The notes beneath the pieces are model-generated. The model saw only the letters and a list, made by a program, of their open reading frames with translations. It was not told the DNA's origin and did not search any database. DNA of 64,000 nucleotides from the NCBI GenBank assembly GCA_965644315.1, contig CBFFRQ010000055.1, positions 62,001 to 126,000 of the forward strand, read 5' to 3'. Of this stretch, positions 1 to 12,397 are shown in pieces. The stretch is from Caecitellus pseudoparvulus. Lineage: Eukaryota; Protista; Bigyra: Bicosoecida. Numbering within the stretch: position 1 is the stretch's first letter; the number at the start of each line of letters is the position of its first letter. Position numbers and translations under genes: made by a program.

Positions 1-634
1 CTGGCAAGTGGGCCAGCATCCAAGCAGCTGGTGGTGTGGACGCTGGGCTCACAGCAGACTGGCTCAGACAGCATGTCCTATCATCCCCCATGTTCGACGC
101 TGCCAGCACCTTCTTCCTGACCCACAGGTGCGGCAGGCAGCTGTTGTGCTCCGAACCAGTTTCCGCAGCTGCCACGCAGCCCCACGCCCACCCCCTGCGC
201 TCAGGAGCAACGCTGTCGGAACTGTGACTGCCTGGCCAGATGAACGTGCTCCATTGGAGGCCATTGGCTGCCTCCGCTTCCTGGCAGCAGCTCCGGGCCC
301 AGAAGAAGGCGCCTGCCTGGCCTGCCTGGTGCGTGCGCATCACGTAGCTGCGCGCCATCACCTCGCAGCCTCCTCTCACTGCTTGCCTGCCCGCCTTCCC
401 CGTGCCCTCCCCCAGATCGCCATGGCAGAAGGCAGGCTGTGGGCGCAAGGCCGCACACTCGTGCACATGTCTGCACCCAGTGACACCCCAGTCGCCAAGG
501 CGCTGGCGGCAGCTGGCTACGAAGCCAGGGATGACGCGCCCGACCTCCCGGGAGTCGCAGCCACCCCCAACGAACTTTCAACAGACGTTGCTTCAACTCT
601 GCAAGCGAAGCTGGCCAGCTTGGCCGACCAGTAG
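1..634 (+). CDS. Partial gene (5' end outside window), probable GNAT-fold acetyltransferase-like protein
   Basis: Spliced reading (introns ~128-204 and ~329-415, GT..AG) gives FFLTH-RSNAVGTVTAWPDE...IGCLRFLAAAPG...GACLACL-IAMAEG...GRTLVHM...ALAAAGYE, a GNAT-like beta/alpha pattern; stop TAG at 634. Confidence 0.4.
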   Translation, partial: WQVGQHPSSWWCGRWAHSRLAQTACPIIPHVRRCQHLLPDPQVRQAAVVLRTSFRSCHAAPRPPPALRSNAVGTVTAWPDERAPLEAIGCLRFLAAAPGPEEGACLACLVRAHHVAARHHLAASSHCLPARLPRALPQIAMAEGRLWAQGRTLVHMSAPSDTPVAKALAAAGYEARDDAPDLPGVAATPNELSTDVASTLQAKLASLADQ

Positions 635-940
635 CCATGGAGCTCGGCGCTCTCTGCCACACTCGCACGAGGCTCCAGTCGGCGTCGCCACCGGCTCGCC
701 CACGTCACTGGAGTGTTACGAGTCTGACGTGCCTTGTCCCAATAGAGCGAGTGCGCGCCGAATCGCTGTCCCCGGTGGAGGAGGGGGGCGACCGCTGCTC
801 CATGACGAGGCGGAAGGGGACGCCCGGCCAGTCAGGCGGCACGGGCACAATGCAAACCGCTCCGCTCCACCCTTGTGCCCACGCTGAGCATGACGGCACT
901 GCCTTTGCTCTAGTCGTGTGTGTACAAGGCAGGGGCGGCC

Positions 941-3900
941 ATGGCGGCGCCAGCGCTGCCCGAGGCGGGGGCAGAGAAGCACAGCGCAGCGGATCCGCAG
1001 GAAGACTGCGTTGCGCTGGAGCAGGAAGCCAACTGCTGCAGCAAGTTCCTCTTTTCGTGGCTGGACGCTATCGTGGTCCTGGGGTACAAGCGCCCCTTGC
1101 AGCACACTGACCTGGGCCACCTGCACTATGACACGGACAAGGCCGGGTGGCTTGCTGATCAATTGGAGCAGCGCATCGCGAGGGCGCGTGCAGAGGGTGG
1201 CAACATGTGGCGTGTCCTGCGGGAAACTCGGACCCACGTCATGCTGTGGGCATTGTTTTGCAAGATTCTCGGTGACACGATTGGCTACGTTCCCTTCATC
1301 GGGCTGGACTTCGTCTCCAGGTACCTTGAGGTGAGCGCTTGTCGTGGTGGGCTGGGCCCGCTCCACATGCTTGCAAGGGCTGGCTGGGCAACAGCGCTGT
1401 CGCTCACATGAGCTGCAGTCGGCAGCAAATGGTGTGGTAGAAGCAGACCCCTCTCGATGTCGCTATGCCCTCTGCGCGCTGTCTGTGCCGTTCTGCGGGC
1501 CCTTCCCGCACTTAGCGCTTGGGCAGCCATGCCGAATTCCGCGCTCCGCACCTTGTTGCTCAGGCGGTGGCCAAGGGAGATGAGCCAGAGCTGTACTGGG
1601 GAACCATCTCACAGGGGTGGTTTTGGGCTGTGCTCATGCTGTTGTCAAGGTGAGGCCCCTTGCCAGGCGGCTTGAAGCGCCGGGACACTGTGACGCAAGC
1701 CTCACGCCGTCGCCGCCCCTTCCGCAGCATGTTGCAGAACGCGCTGCTGCAGAACCACCACCACTGGGCCATCCGGTCTGGCATGAATGTGCGGGCGGGA
1801 CTGCAAGCCCTCATCTTCCGCAAGGCGCTGCGCCTGAGCAACGCAGCCAAGCACTCCGTCTCCAATGGCGAGATCGAGAACATGGCTTCCAATGACGCCG
1901 AGCGTGTGATGATGCTGTACTACTTTGTGACGTATACCATTGCTGCACCACTGCAGGTGGTGGCAGTGATGATCCTGCTGTATTTGCAGGTCCAGCACGC
2001 CATGTGGTTCGCCATGGTGGTGCCACTGCTGACCTTCCCCCTGCAGCGAGTGTTCGGCAACAGCCTGCAAGCCTACAACAAAGACGCGCTGAAGGCCTCC
2101 GACCGCAGGGTCAACATGGTGCAGGAGCTCGTCAACGGCATCCGCCTCATCAAGTACTACGCGTGGGAGTCCTGGATGCAGGGCCGCATCGTGGAGGCCC
2201 GGGAGGAAGAGCTGAACGCCAAGTTCTGGGTGTCCATCGTCAACTCTGGCAACGGCGTCATCCTGGAGGCAGCCCCCATCATCTCCACTGTGGCGGTGTT
2301 CCTGGCCTACACGCTGCTCTTCGAGCAAGAGCTAGCGCCCTCCAACGCCTTCACCACCGTCGCCCTCGTCGGGCAGCTCAAGCTTCCCTTCCTCGTCATG
2401 CCCATGCTCATCTCAGCATACATTTCAGCGGATGTCGCGAACAAGCGCCTGTGGCGCCTCATGGCACTGCCCGAGCGCACGTCATACCTGTCCCTGACTA
2501 AGCCTTCACCGGAAGCCCCGGCTCTGCAGCTGACCGACGCTGTGCTGCACTGGGAAGTGCCCAAGCACGACCAGGAGGAAGAGCCTGGCTCTGCAGATGA
2601 AGCAGACGAGGCGCAGGTTTCCGTGCAGGTGCAAGAAGATGCCAAGGCCCCCCCTGGCGCGGGCCTGGATGAGGAGGGGGAAGTGGAGCTCGTCAGTGGC
2701 TTCACGCTCCGCGATCTGAACTTGCAGGTCGCCCAGGGCCAGCTCGTCACCATCGTCGGCCAAGTGGGCAGCGGCAAGAGTTCGCTGCTGCGCGCCCTGC
2801 TGGGAGACATGGCGCTCGAGGGTGGCAAGGTGGGCGTGTTGGGCGTGCAGGGTGGCGACGGGCTATCCGCTCCCCCCATGCTGTACTGCCCTCAGCAACC
2901 TCAAATCTGGAACGACACCGTGCGCGACAACATTCTCTTCGGGCAGCCCATGGACCAGGCGCGGTACGATGAGGTGGTTGAGGGCTGCCAGCTGCTGCCC
3001 GACTTTCGACAGTTCGCTGCAGGAGACGCGACGGAGATCGGCGAGAAGGGTGTCAGCCTCAGTGGCGGGCAAAAGGCCCGCGTGGCATTGGCCCGGGTTG
3101 TCTACGCAGCCCTCACCGCCCGCGACACGGCTGGTGACGCTGCGCCGCCACCTCTGGTGCTGCTTGATGACGTGCTGTCTGCCGTAGACGCCCACGTCGG
3201 GCAGCGGCTGTTCCAGGACGCGCTGTGTGGGCTGCTGGCAGGCACGACCCGTGTCTTTGTGTCCCACCAGCTGCAGTTCTTGCAGGAATCCCACAACGTC
3301 GTGGTGATGGCCGGCGGTGCCATTTCACATGTTGGCACCTTCGGCGAGGTGAAGGCACAAGGCAGCGTGGAGGACAACTCCCTGCTGGCCATGCTGGAGG
3401 ACCGGGCGGCAGCAGACTCGACCCTGCGAGGGGACGGCGCCGCCACCGCGCCAGAGCCTGCCGAGGCCACCAGCGAGGATGCAGAGGCACGTGAATCCGA
3501 GGCAGGCTCCGCATCCCAGGCTGCTGCTCCCTCAACGACACGCTCAGCAAGCGTTGGCGGGGAGGGGGGCGCCACCGAAAAGGAAGAGCATGATGGCACC
3601 CTCGTGCAGGATGAGGAACGGCTGACTGGCGCCGTGTCCTGGAGCGTGTACGCGACCTACCTCACCAGCATGGGTCTGCCCACTCTCTCCTTCATCATCC
3701 TGGGGCTCCTGCTCAGCAACGGCGGGCAGGTGGCCACCAACTGGTGGCTGTCTGCCTGGTCCTCCCGGAGCTTCGGCGGCGACCAGCAGTTCTACTTGGC
3801 GGTGTACAGTGGCGTGAGCCTGGGGTCCGTTCTGCTCATCCTGGTGTACCGGTTTGCCTGGGGGTTCGGGCAGATCGCCTCGGGGCGTGCCCTGCACAAC

Positions 3901-5358
3901 GACATGCTCAGCAACATCATCCGTGCGCCGACCGCCTTCTTTGACGCCACCCCCGCCGGGCGCCTGCACAACCGTTTCTCCTCCGATGTCAACCTTGTGG
4001 ATACACAGGTGCCCAGCAACTTCACCCAGTACATGAACTCCCTGGTGTCCATCGGATCCACGCTCATTGTGCAGGTGGTGGTGTTCCCCTTCGTCCTCAT
4101 TGGCTTTGCCCCCATTGGCCTCGTATACGTCGGCCTCTCCCTCTGCTACCGCCACACCAACCGAGAGCTGCAGCGCTTGGACAACATCTCACGCTCTCCC
4201 ATCTTCAACATGCTGGGCGAGACCCTCACCGGCACTGCGACGCTGCACGCCTTCCAGGCCACAGAGCGGTACCGGGACGCCTACGAAACACGTGTGGACA
4301 CGAACAACGAAGCCTTCTGGTACAAAAACCTCACCAACCGCTGGCTCGGGCTGCGACTGGACTGGCTGGGCTCCTTCATGGTAGGCGTGACCACTTTCAC
4401 TGCAGTTGCCACGGCAGGGGATGTGGACCCTTCCCTGGCTGCCCTCTCCATCACATACGCTCTCTCAGTGACTGGCCTGCTCAACTGGCTCGTGCGCAGC
4501 GACACACAGACAGAGAGCTTCCTCTCCTCAGTTGAGCGCATGCAGCACTACTCCAACGTGCCGTCCGAAGCACCTGCCCACATCCCCGAGACGGCACCCC
4601 CTGCAGAGTGGCCGCAGCATGGCGCCATCTCCTTCAAGAACTACTCCATGCGGTACCGAGCCAAGGCTCCGCTGGTGCTGAAGGGCATCAATCTGGACAT
4701 CCCCGCGGGGGCCAAGGTGGGCGTGTGCGGCCGCACAGGGGCCGGCAAGAGCAGCTTAATGACAGCCCTCTTCCGCATGACGGAGCCGGCTGCCGGCAGC
4801 ATCACCATTGACGGTATCGATGTGTCTACCCTCGGCTTGGCTGAGCTGCGGTCCAAGATGGCCATCATCCCTCAAGACCCAGTCTTGTTCGAGGGCCCCC
4901 TGCGGTACAACTTGGACCCCCGCGGGCAGCATGATGACGAGGCTCTGTGGGCTGCGCTGGACCAGGCCAGCGTCGGGGACACAGTCCGCGCGCTATCCGG
5001 GGGCCTGTCCGCTCCAGTGTCTGAAGGTGGCTCCAACTTCTCGGTGGGCCAGCGCCAGCTGCTCTGCATGGCCCGGGCCATGCTTCGGGACGCACGCATC
5101 GTAGTCCTGGACGAGGCCACTGCGGCCATGGACGTTTCTACCGACGCAGCGCTGCAGCGCGCGATTCGGGAGGTGTTCAAAGGCACCGTGCTCACCATTG
5201 CCCACCGCCTGGACACCATCGCTGACAGTGACTACATCCTCGCCTTGGACGACGGCAAGGTGGCAGAGTTCGGCCCGCCTGCCGAGCTCAAGAGCAATTC
5301 CTCGGGGCTGTACCACGCGCTGTGGAAGAACGCCCAGAGCACAGGCGACCAAAGCTGA
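941..5358 (+). CDS. ABC transporter, ABCC/MRP family (short form: TMD1-NBD1-TMD2-NBD2)
   Basis: Exon 1 has 'FLFSWLDAIVVLGYKRPL..TDL' (ABCC lasso). NBD1: GQVGSGKS, LSGGQKARVALAR, LLDD. NBD2: GRTGAGKS, FSVGQRQLLCMARA, VLDEATA, IAHRL. Several short introns between 1331 and ~1728. Confidence 0.95.
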
Positions 5359-5364
5359 CGTAGC

Positions 5365-5372
5365 AATGCATT
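5365..5372. terminator. AATGCATT palindrome in the 37-bp spacer between convergent ABCC and IleRS stops; candidate bidirectional 3'-end signal
   Basis: Sequence tagcAATGCATTttc. The same 8-mer recurs at 16619 and 28809 in other convergent spacers. Confidence 0.5.
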
Positions 5373-5395
5373 TTCGCGCACACGCCTGTGCAGCT

Positions 5396-8300
5396 CTACA
5401 GCATGCCTGCCACTACGGCAGAGCAACGAGGGCACAAGTGCGAGTGCACGCTCGCCGCGTCGAATGGCACAGGCTCCGCTCCCTTGCCAGTCTTGGCCAG
5501 CGCCACCGCCACGCCTTCGTCCAACTTCCAGCACCGAGCACAGCGCTGGCCAGTGCCTGGCACCACAATGGCCAGCACTTGGTCGCATTCATCTTGTGAC
5601 TCGCCAGCATATGAAACCACGGCATCTGCTGCATGTGCCCAGGCTGGCGGCTCACCAGAGGGGGACAGCTGCACGTCCACGCCGCCCGCATGCAAGGCAG
5701 CAGGTGGGCCGCCCGACTCGGCGGCTTGCAGCGCCCTCTGCACAGTCTGCACGACTTGCGGTGCAACCGCGTCCGGCACCTCCACAACTCCCACCTGGCT
5801 CACGCCGAATGCGTTCTCCAGGGCGCCGGCGGTGCCAGCCAGCCACTGCAGGCCCTTGCTCGCCGTGGAGCCCTGGCGCACTGCCAGCACCAGCCTGCCC
5901 TCCAGCGCCTTGCCAAGATGCCCTGCAGCCCGAGCCTTCTCCAACGCCGCCATGGCCACCTCCCGTACCTTCAGCACACCCGCCCACTTGCTGTCGACGG
6001 AGTGCCAGGTGTTCCCACTTGGCAGCGCGGCCGCCAAGCCCTCCGTGCCCCCCTGCCACCAAGGCATGTCAAAGACAGTGGCGCCCACCACATCAGCGGC
6101 GCCCTGCACTGTGATGGCGTCCGTGGCTGGCGCTGCGCCACGCAACAGCTGGGCATTGGCGTGCAAGAAGATGTCCTCAGCGGTGTACGGCAGCACCGGC
6201 GCAGCGGCGATGGTGAGGGCCTTCAGGGCTTCCCAGCAAGCAGCTTGCGCAGCAACGTGTTGTGGGCTGCCGGGGGCGCCGCAGTACAGCGTGTCCTTCA
6301 CAAAGTCGAAGTACAGCGCTGACAAGTCAGTGCTGGCAAAGGCCATGAGCTCTGCGTTGTGTTTGGGTGTGGAGAAGGCCTGCAAGGCCTCGTGTGCTGC
6401 CGCATGCAGGTGCTTCACACGGCTGAGCGCGAAGAGGTCAGCTGGGGAGGCAGGCAGGGGGGCACAAGACCAGGTGGGTGCGGACCACGCAGCCTCCACG
6501 GCGTCACGCAGCAGCCCACGAGGTGCGTCGGCGAAACCACGCGCGACGTCTTCATGCTGCAAGGCCAGGGCAGCATCCATGGACAGCTGCGGGGCCACTG
6601 CGCACATGGCGGCGGGGGGGGTGTACCCCTGTGTTGCTGCGAGGAGGAACCTAGCAGTGTTGCGCACCTTGCGCACTGCGTCCGCTGCCTTGGTCACGAC
6701 TGTGGGGCTCAGTGATACGTCCCGCGTGAAGTCGGCACTGCCCACCCACATGCGTGTGACGTCGGCACCATACGGGGTCGTGAAGTCCTCGCCGCTGCCC
6801 TTCTTCTTGCCCTTGCGAGGGGGGCGCCCGTCAATGATGTCGGGGGGCACGATGGTGTTGCCGAGGGACTTGGACATCTTGCGCCCGTTGCCGTCCAGGA
6901 CGAAGCCATGCGTGATGACAGTCTTGTACGGAGCCCGCCCCTGTGCCGCCACTGACGTCAGGAGAGAGGACTGGAACCACCCCCTATGCTGGTCACTGCC
7001 TTCCAGCACAGCATCGGCTACATCAGGTGGGTCGGCACCATCCACCCACCCTGCCCGCCAAGAGCAGCCCGAGTCAAACCACACGTCAAGCGTGTCCTGG
7101 CCCTTCTCCAAGCACTGCACCCGGTCCCCCAGGTCGTCCAGGACAGAGCGAGGCAGCAGCTCCTCAGCTCCAAGCTCCCACCAGGCATCTGTTCCGCGAG
7201 GGTGGCCCTGAACCACCTCAGCCACGTGCCGCACCATGGCTGACGTGAGAGGCAGCGCCTCCCCCGTGTCTGTGAGGGTCCAGGCCGGGATGGGCACCCC
7301 CCACACTCGTTGGCGGGAGATGCACCAGCGGCTGCGGCCCTTCACCGCTGCAAGGAGGCGGGCACGGCCAGCAGGCGGCACCATGTCCACGCCAGGCTTG
7401 CCCTGCGAAGGGCCTTCCTCGTCGACTGACAGCGCCTGGGCCGCAGGCCCCACCAGGCCAGACAAGTCAGCGAACCACTGCGGCGTCACGCGGATGATGA
7501 CAGGGGACTTCGTGCGCCAGTCGTGAGGGTACCTGTGCTGGTAGGGGTTGGCAGCCAGCAGCACACCCTCCCCGCTCAGCGCCTGCACAATGTCTGGGAC
7601 TGCCTCGTGGATGTCTCGGCCCTCCAGACGGCTACCTGCCTCGTGGGTGAAGGAGCCGTCGCCTGCCACGGGGCAAACGACTGGGATGGGGGCCCCAGCT
7701 CCATGCTCGGCATTCCACGCCCCCACCGCGTCGAAGTCGTCATGGCCGTGCCCAGGGGCCGTATGCACGATGCCAGTGCCCGCATCCATCGTCACATAGT
7801 CCCCTGGAATGATAGGCTGGCGCAGCGTTCCATACTGGCCCGCATCCCACGCCGCCAGGGGGTGCTGCACCTGCGCCCCGACGAGCTGCGACCCCTCCAC
7901 ATGCTGGGCACTACTCCACACAAGCTCTCCGCCGATGTCAGACGCAACACGCTCTGCGAGCTCAGCAGCTGCCAACAAAGGGTAGCGCTGACCACCGGGC
8001 ATCTCCACGACCACAGCCGTGTATGCCGCTGCCGGGTTCACAGCTAGCGCTCTGCTGGCAGGGATGGTCCAAGGCGTCGTGGTCCAGGCTGCAGCGGCGA
8101 TGGGGGGGCAGCCCTGCCCCGCCGCAGCTGTAGCAGCTGCTGCCAGGTCTTGCACCTCGCCGGAGCAGCTGGCGAGGTGTAGCGGGAAGCGCACGTGCAA
8201 AGCCGTGGAGGTGTAGTCATCCACGTACTCGAGCTCCGCTTCCGCTAGCGCTGACTGCGCAGCGGGAGACCAGTGCACGGGCTTCTCTCCCTGGAACACA

Positions 8301-9270
8301 TGCCCCCCCTCTACCAGCTGAGCGAGCACCTCTAACTGGGCAGCTTCGTATGCAGGAGAAAGGGTAGTGTACACGCCAGCGGCATCATCGCCCCCCTCCC
8401 AGTCCGCCATCACACCCCAGCGCTTGAAGTCTTGCATCTGTTCCTGCACCGCCCGCAGGGCCCACTCCCGGGCCAGCTCGCGCACGGCCAGGGGCTCCAT
8501 CGTTCTCGCAAGGCCAGCCGCTGCTTTGAGCTTGCCTGTGTCCACACCTTGCCTGCTCTTGCGAGACTTCTTCTTCGCAGCCTCCTGTAAGCTTTCCAGG
8601 GCCTTGAGTTCGATGGGCAGCCCATGGCAGTCCCAGCCTGCACACAGGAGGGAGGCAGTGCGAAACACGCGGACGACGCTGCTACCAATTTCCGCGCCTC
8701 ACCTGGCACGTAGCGGACGCTGTGCCCCCGAAGCATGCGGTGGCGATTGAACACGTCCTTCAGCACTTTATTCAAGAGGTGCCCCATGTGCAGGGATCCA
8801 TTTGCGTACGGTGGCCCGTCATGCAGCGCCCAGACAGGCCCGCGCCCTCGCCGACGCCTTTGATGCTCCCGGTACATGGCGCTGGTCAGGCGCTGCACCA
8901 GCCGCGGCTCCCTCACTGCGGCATCAGCCCGCATAGGGAAGGCGGTCTGAGGCAGTCGCATGGTGCCGCGGATTGCCTTCTCCATGTCTGTTAGCCTTGA
9001 GCTGTGCGATGCTTGATGAGGCGCTGTGCCAAACCGTCCACCGGTGGGATAGCCCAGGTGCCAGAACTGAAAAGGCTGTGCACCACATACCCGCGGGGCA
9101 ATTCTGAGTTACGGTGAGCGAGTGCGCAGTGGAAAGTAGCAGTTGGACAAGATTGTGTGCCGGAACATGAGGCTTCGGCCTGTGCTCACATCCGCCGGGA
9201 TGCTTTGTGCGCAAAGCTACCTGGACTTGACCGCACACAAGACAAGGACGTGAAAGGGCGCTCGTGCCAT
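5396..9270 (-). CDS. IARS2: Isoleucyl-tRNA synthetase, bacterial/mitochondrial type
   Basis: LHDGPPYANGSLHMGH (HIGH), YVPG/WDCHGLPIE split by intron 8638-8702, WTTTPWT, GTGIVHTAPGHG, WCISRQRVWG, EGSDQHRGWFQS, KMSKS, C-terminal CxRCW...CPRC Zn finger. 5' end uncertain: ATG at 8985, or an upstream presequence exon at ~9270. Confidence 0.93.
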
Positions 9271-9480
9271 AAGCGGCCACGTGCCTCATCAATCAGGCCA
9301 AGCTGGAAATTCCCAGTGCAGTTGCTCTGGGCCATGTGGACAGAGCCCACCAGTTTGCTGAAGGGGGGCGTCAGTGCCTAGCAGACTCTGCAAATACAGT
9401 ACCTGACCAAAACCAACACGACTAAAACACTGACACCTAAGTTGCATTTGTGAGCTCCCTTCATACTCACAGCATCTACC

Positions 9481-10869
9481 ATGAGGGTACGTGCCGCGGC
9501 CAAGGGCAGTGCACCAACAGCACCGCCCTTGCAAGCCACACATGCGCCCGCGGCGAGCCTGCAGCGTAAAACTGCACTCCCAACACGCTTTACGATACAC
9601 AGACCCTCGCAATCTTGCTGGTGGCAGCTGCCGCGACAGCGGTCTTGGCATCTTGCCCTTCTCAGTGCTCGTGCGTTCCATTGACCCGTGAAACGCTGGT
9701 GTGCATTTCGTAGCCGTGCTGCCACGCCGCCCCGCGCCATCGCCGCAGAGGGCACGGCCGATGCACTGACAATGACAAGTGCGAGTGCTTCACGCAGACT
9801 GGCACGACTTGGCGCCAGCGGGTGGGCTACACGGGCGCTGACTGCTCCCAGCGTGAGTCCTTGCAAAAACCGCACGTGAGCGCACCAGCACCAGCACGGC
9901 GCTGCTTGCCGTGCATGCACAGGGACCTGCCCCTTGGGCATCGCATACGACACTTTGTCCACAAAGCGTGGCGTTGACATCAACCCCGTGAAGTTCTCGG
10001 CCGGTGTGGACTTCAGCGGCGCCGCCAACAGCAACGCTGGTGCCACCGTCATCAAGGCCTTCGCCAAGAACTACAAGCTTGGGGAGACCAAGAGCTTCTC
10101 CGTGCGCATTTCTGATGTGGACGATGCTGATTCCAGCGGCACTGCCACCGCAGGTGACACCGTGCAGTACCAGTGGAAGCTCGCAGAGCATGCCGCGTAC
10201 TCTGCCCCTGTTGACCTCATCAGCTCCGCCGCCGGCGACCTGGAGTGCACCATCAACAACCCTTGCGAGCTGAAGGACAACGGCGCCGACACCGCTGACA
10301 CAGGCATCTTCATCTACTCCACCGCCACCGCCGATGCTGTGCTGACCAGCTTGGCTGAGGGGAACACCTACTCTTTCACATACGACCACCAGGAGGGCCG
10401 CGCCTACGAGTACGGCAACTCCAACAACGCCCATCAGGAGGTGGAGTGCTCTGGCCGAGGCTCTTGTGATGCTAGCACTGGCCGATGCACTTGCTACAGC
10501 GGCTTCTCTGGGGAGGCCTGCCAGCGCACTGTGTGCCCGTCCGACTGCTCTGGACACGGCGTGTGCCAGGACCTGCGTCGCTTCGCTGCTGATGCCGGAC
10601 AGACATACGACACTGCCTATGACGCCAACAAGCAAATGGGCTGCCTCTGCGACAACGGCTACCGCGGCCCTGACTGCTCTATGGTGGAGTGCCCCTCCGG
10701 CGATGATCCCATGGGCTACTTCGGCGGTGACGGGAAGGACGCAGCTGGCAACGACGGCGAGGCCATGGACTGCTCTGGCCGCGGGCTGTGCGACTACAGC
10801 TCCGGACAGTGCTCTTGCTTCAAGGGCTACTTCGGCGAGCGCTGCGAGTACCAGACCAACTTCGTCTAA
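9481..10869 (+). CDS. Tubular mastigoneme-related protein (Sig1/Ocm family), secreted with EGF-like repeats
   Basis: Introns 9487-9602, 9671-9748 and 9853-9922 give MRTLAILLVAAAATAVLASCPSQCSGHGRC...YTGADCSQRTCPLG. Downstream: ECSGRGSCD...C.C..GFSGEACQRTVCPSDCSGHGVC, GC.CD.GYRGPDCS..ECPSG.DP, DCSGRGLCDYSSG.C.CF.GY.G. This is the stramenopile mastigoneme signature; codon bias is strong. Confidence 0.88.
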
Positions 10870-10980
10870 GCCCTGAGCGGGACACATACTTCGGCCGCGA
10901 AGTAGCCGTACAAAAATGGCAATGAATGTGCATTCACTCAGACTTGCACTGCAGGACACATGAAACATGAACACGCCGCT

Positions 10981-11900
10981 TTATGCGGCAAAGCGTGCGA
11001 CGAGCTGCTTGGCAATCTTGGATCCCCAGTAGAATTGCAGAAGAGCGACAGTGTAGAAGACGTACCGCAGGGACGCAAAGCGTTCCTTCTCAAACTTGTG
11101 CGTCTCCGTGAGGCTGTGCACGGCACACGGCAGCGCCACGCAGCGGAGAAGGAAAAATAGTGCAGCGAACGCAAGTGAAGCATTCGCATACAATGCCCCG
11201 TCTGCCCGGCCAGTCTTCCGGAGGTAGTACATGAGCGCAAGCAGAATGGTGGTCACTTCCGTTTGCAGAAACCATGGAGTCCAGCGCAAGGCCACAGAGG
11301 ACAGGGCCACTGGACCCAGGATCAAGATGATGCCTGCGCCGTGGTGCGCGATGTAATCCAGGCCCTTTCCCTTCAGCCAATCGGGGAGCAGTGCAAGGGA
11401 GTCGCCGACGAAGTACCCAAGTGAGATGCCAGCAACGTCTTGCATGAAGGAGTAGTCGTTGGCCCTTGAGGTGGGTGCGACGGCGTCTTGCCACACAGAC
11501 CACAGGGAAGGGCCGATGACGATCAGGTGGTGCACCACGGCAGCCGCGTACATGTCCAAGTCCCACTGGCCCCGCTTGCCCAAGCTGGCATACACTTTCC
11601 CATCAAAGTGCTTGAAGAGGATAGGCGCGGCGACACGCAGGATGAACTGGTGAATGCCCATGAAGGCTCCCCCAACAAGCAGTAGCCGCCTTGCCATGTG
11701 CTTTTGCTCGACAGGCGCTGTGTTGTGCAGGGGACGAAGCGAATGGGTTGCCTTGCGTTTTGGCAGCGTTTCACATGCTGTCGCACCGGCTGAGTTGCAG
11801 CCGGTGCACCCGGACACGAGGAGGGCAGGGGGGGGCTCACATACCTTCTCCATCAAATGTGGCTCGTGAAAGTGCAGTCCCCATGTCTTCTCTTCAAAGG
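10981..11900 (-). CDS. TLC (TRAM/LAG1/CLN8) domain membrane protein, TMEM56/TLCD-like
   Basis: Several TM segments with 'SLGYFVGD', 'YIAHH', 'FLQTEVTTILL', 'FFLLR', 'LQFYWGSKI'. 5' exon structure uncertain. Confidence 0.8.
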
Positions 11901-12397
11901 GATCGTGCGAGGCGGCCGCGCCCCTTGCCTTTGATTGGTGGCTGTCCTCGCATTCACACAGCCACACACAGGAAGCAGCACACCCCGGCAAGGATCGAGA
12001 GGCAGAGTGGCGTCGTCGCGGCCCGAACCTGGGAAACATACGCAGAAAGCTTGAAGGTCGCAATAGAGGCTACGCCTTTTTCCTTTTGTGACGGCACCTC
12101 CGCAAGTGGCGAGGGTTCTGTCAGCGGCCAGAAATGCAGCAGGTACTGCTGCTGTCCTCCCCCGAAAGCCAGCACAAGCCCGGCCTCGCAATCCCCCGCA
12201 AATCATCTACCCCAAAAGGCACACTTAACGTTCCACGTTCAAATCCGATTTTGAACAAGTATGCTTGCCTTTCCTTGCGCTGTCAAGCTGCAGCGGATCG
12301 CTTTCGACACCGTCTTGCGCAGGTAGCCCTGTGGCCTGAATCCTCAAACGGCAGTGGCCACGCCTGCAGATCAAGCCACGCGCCCCCCGCCAGTACC

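Noticed and set aside
5388-7211. 607-aa ORF antisense to IleRS
   Set aside because: Shadow ORF from high GC3 codon bias; Ser/Ala/Cys-rich with no domain, while the opposite strand is a clear synthetase.
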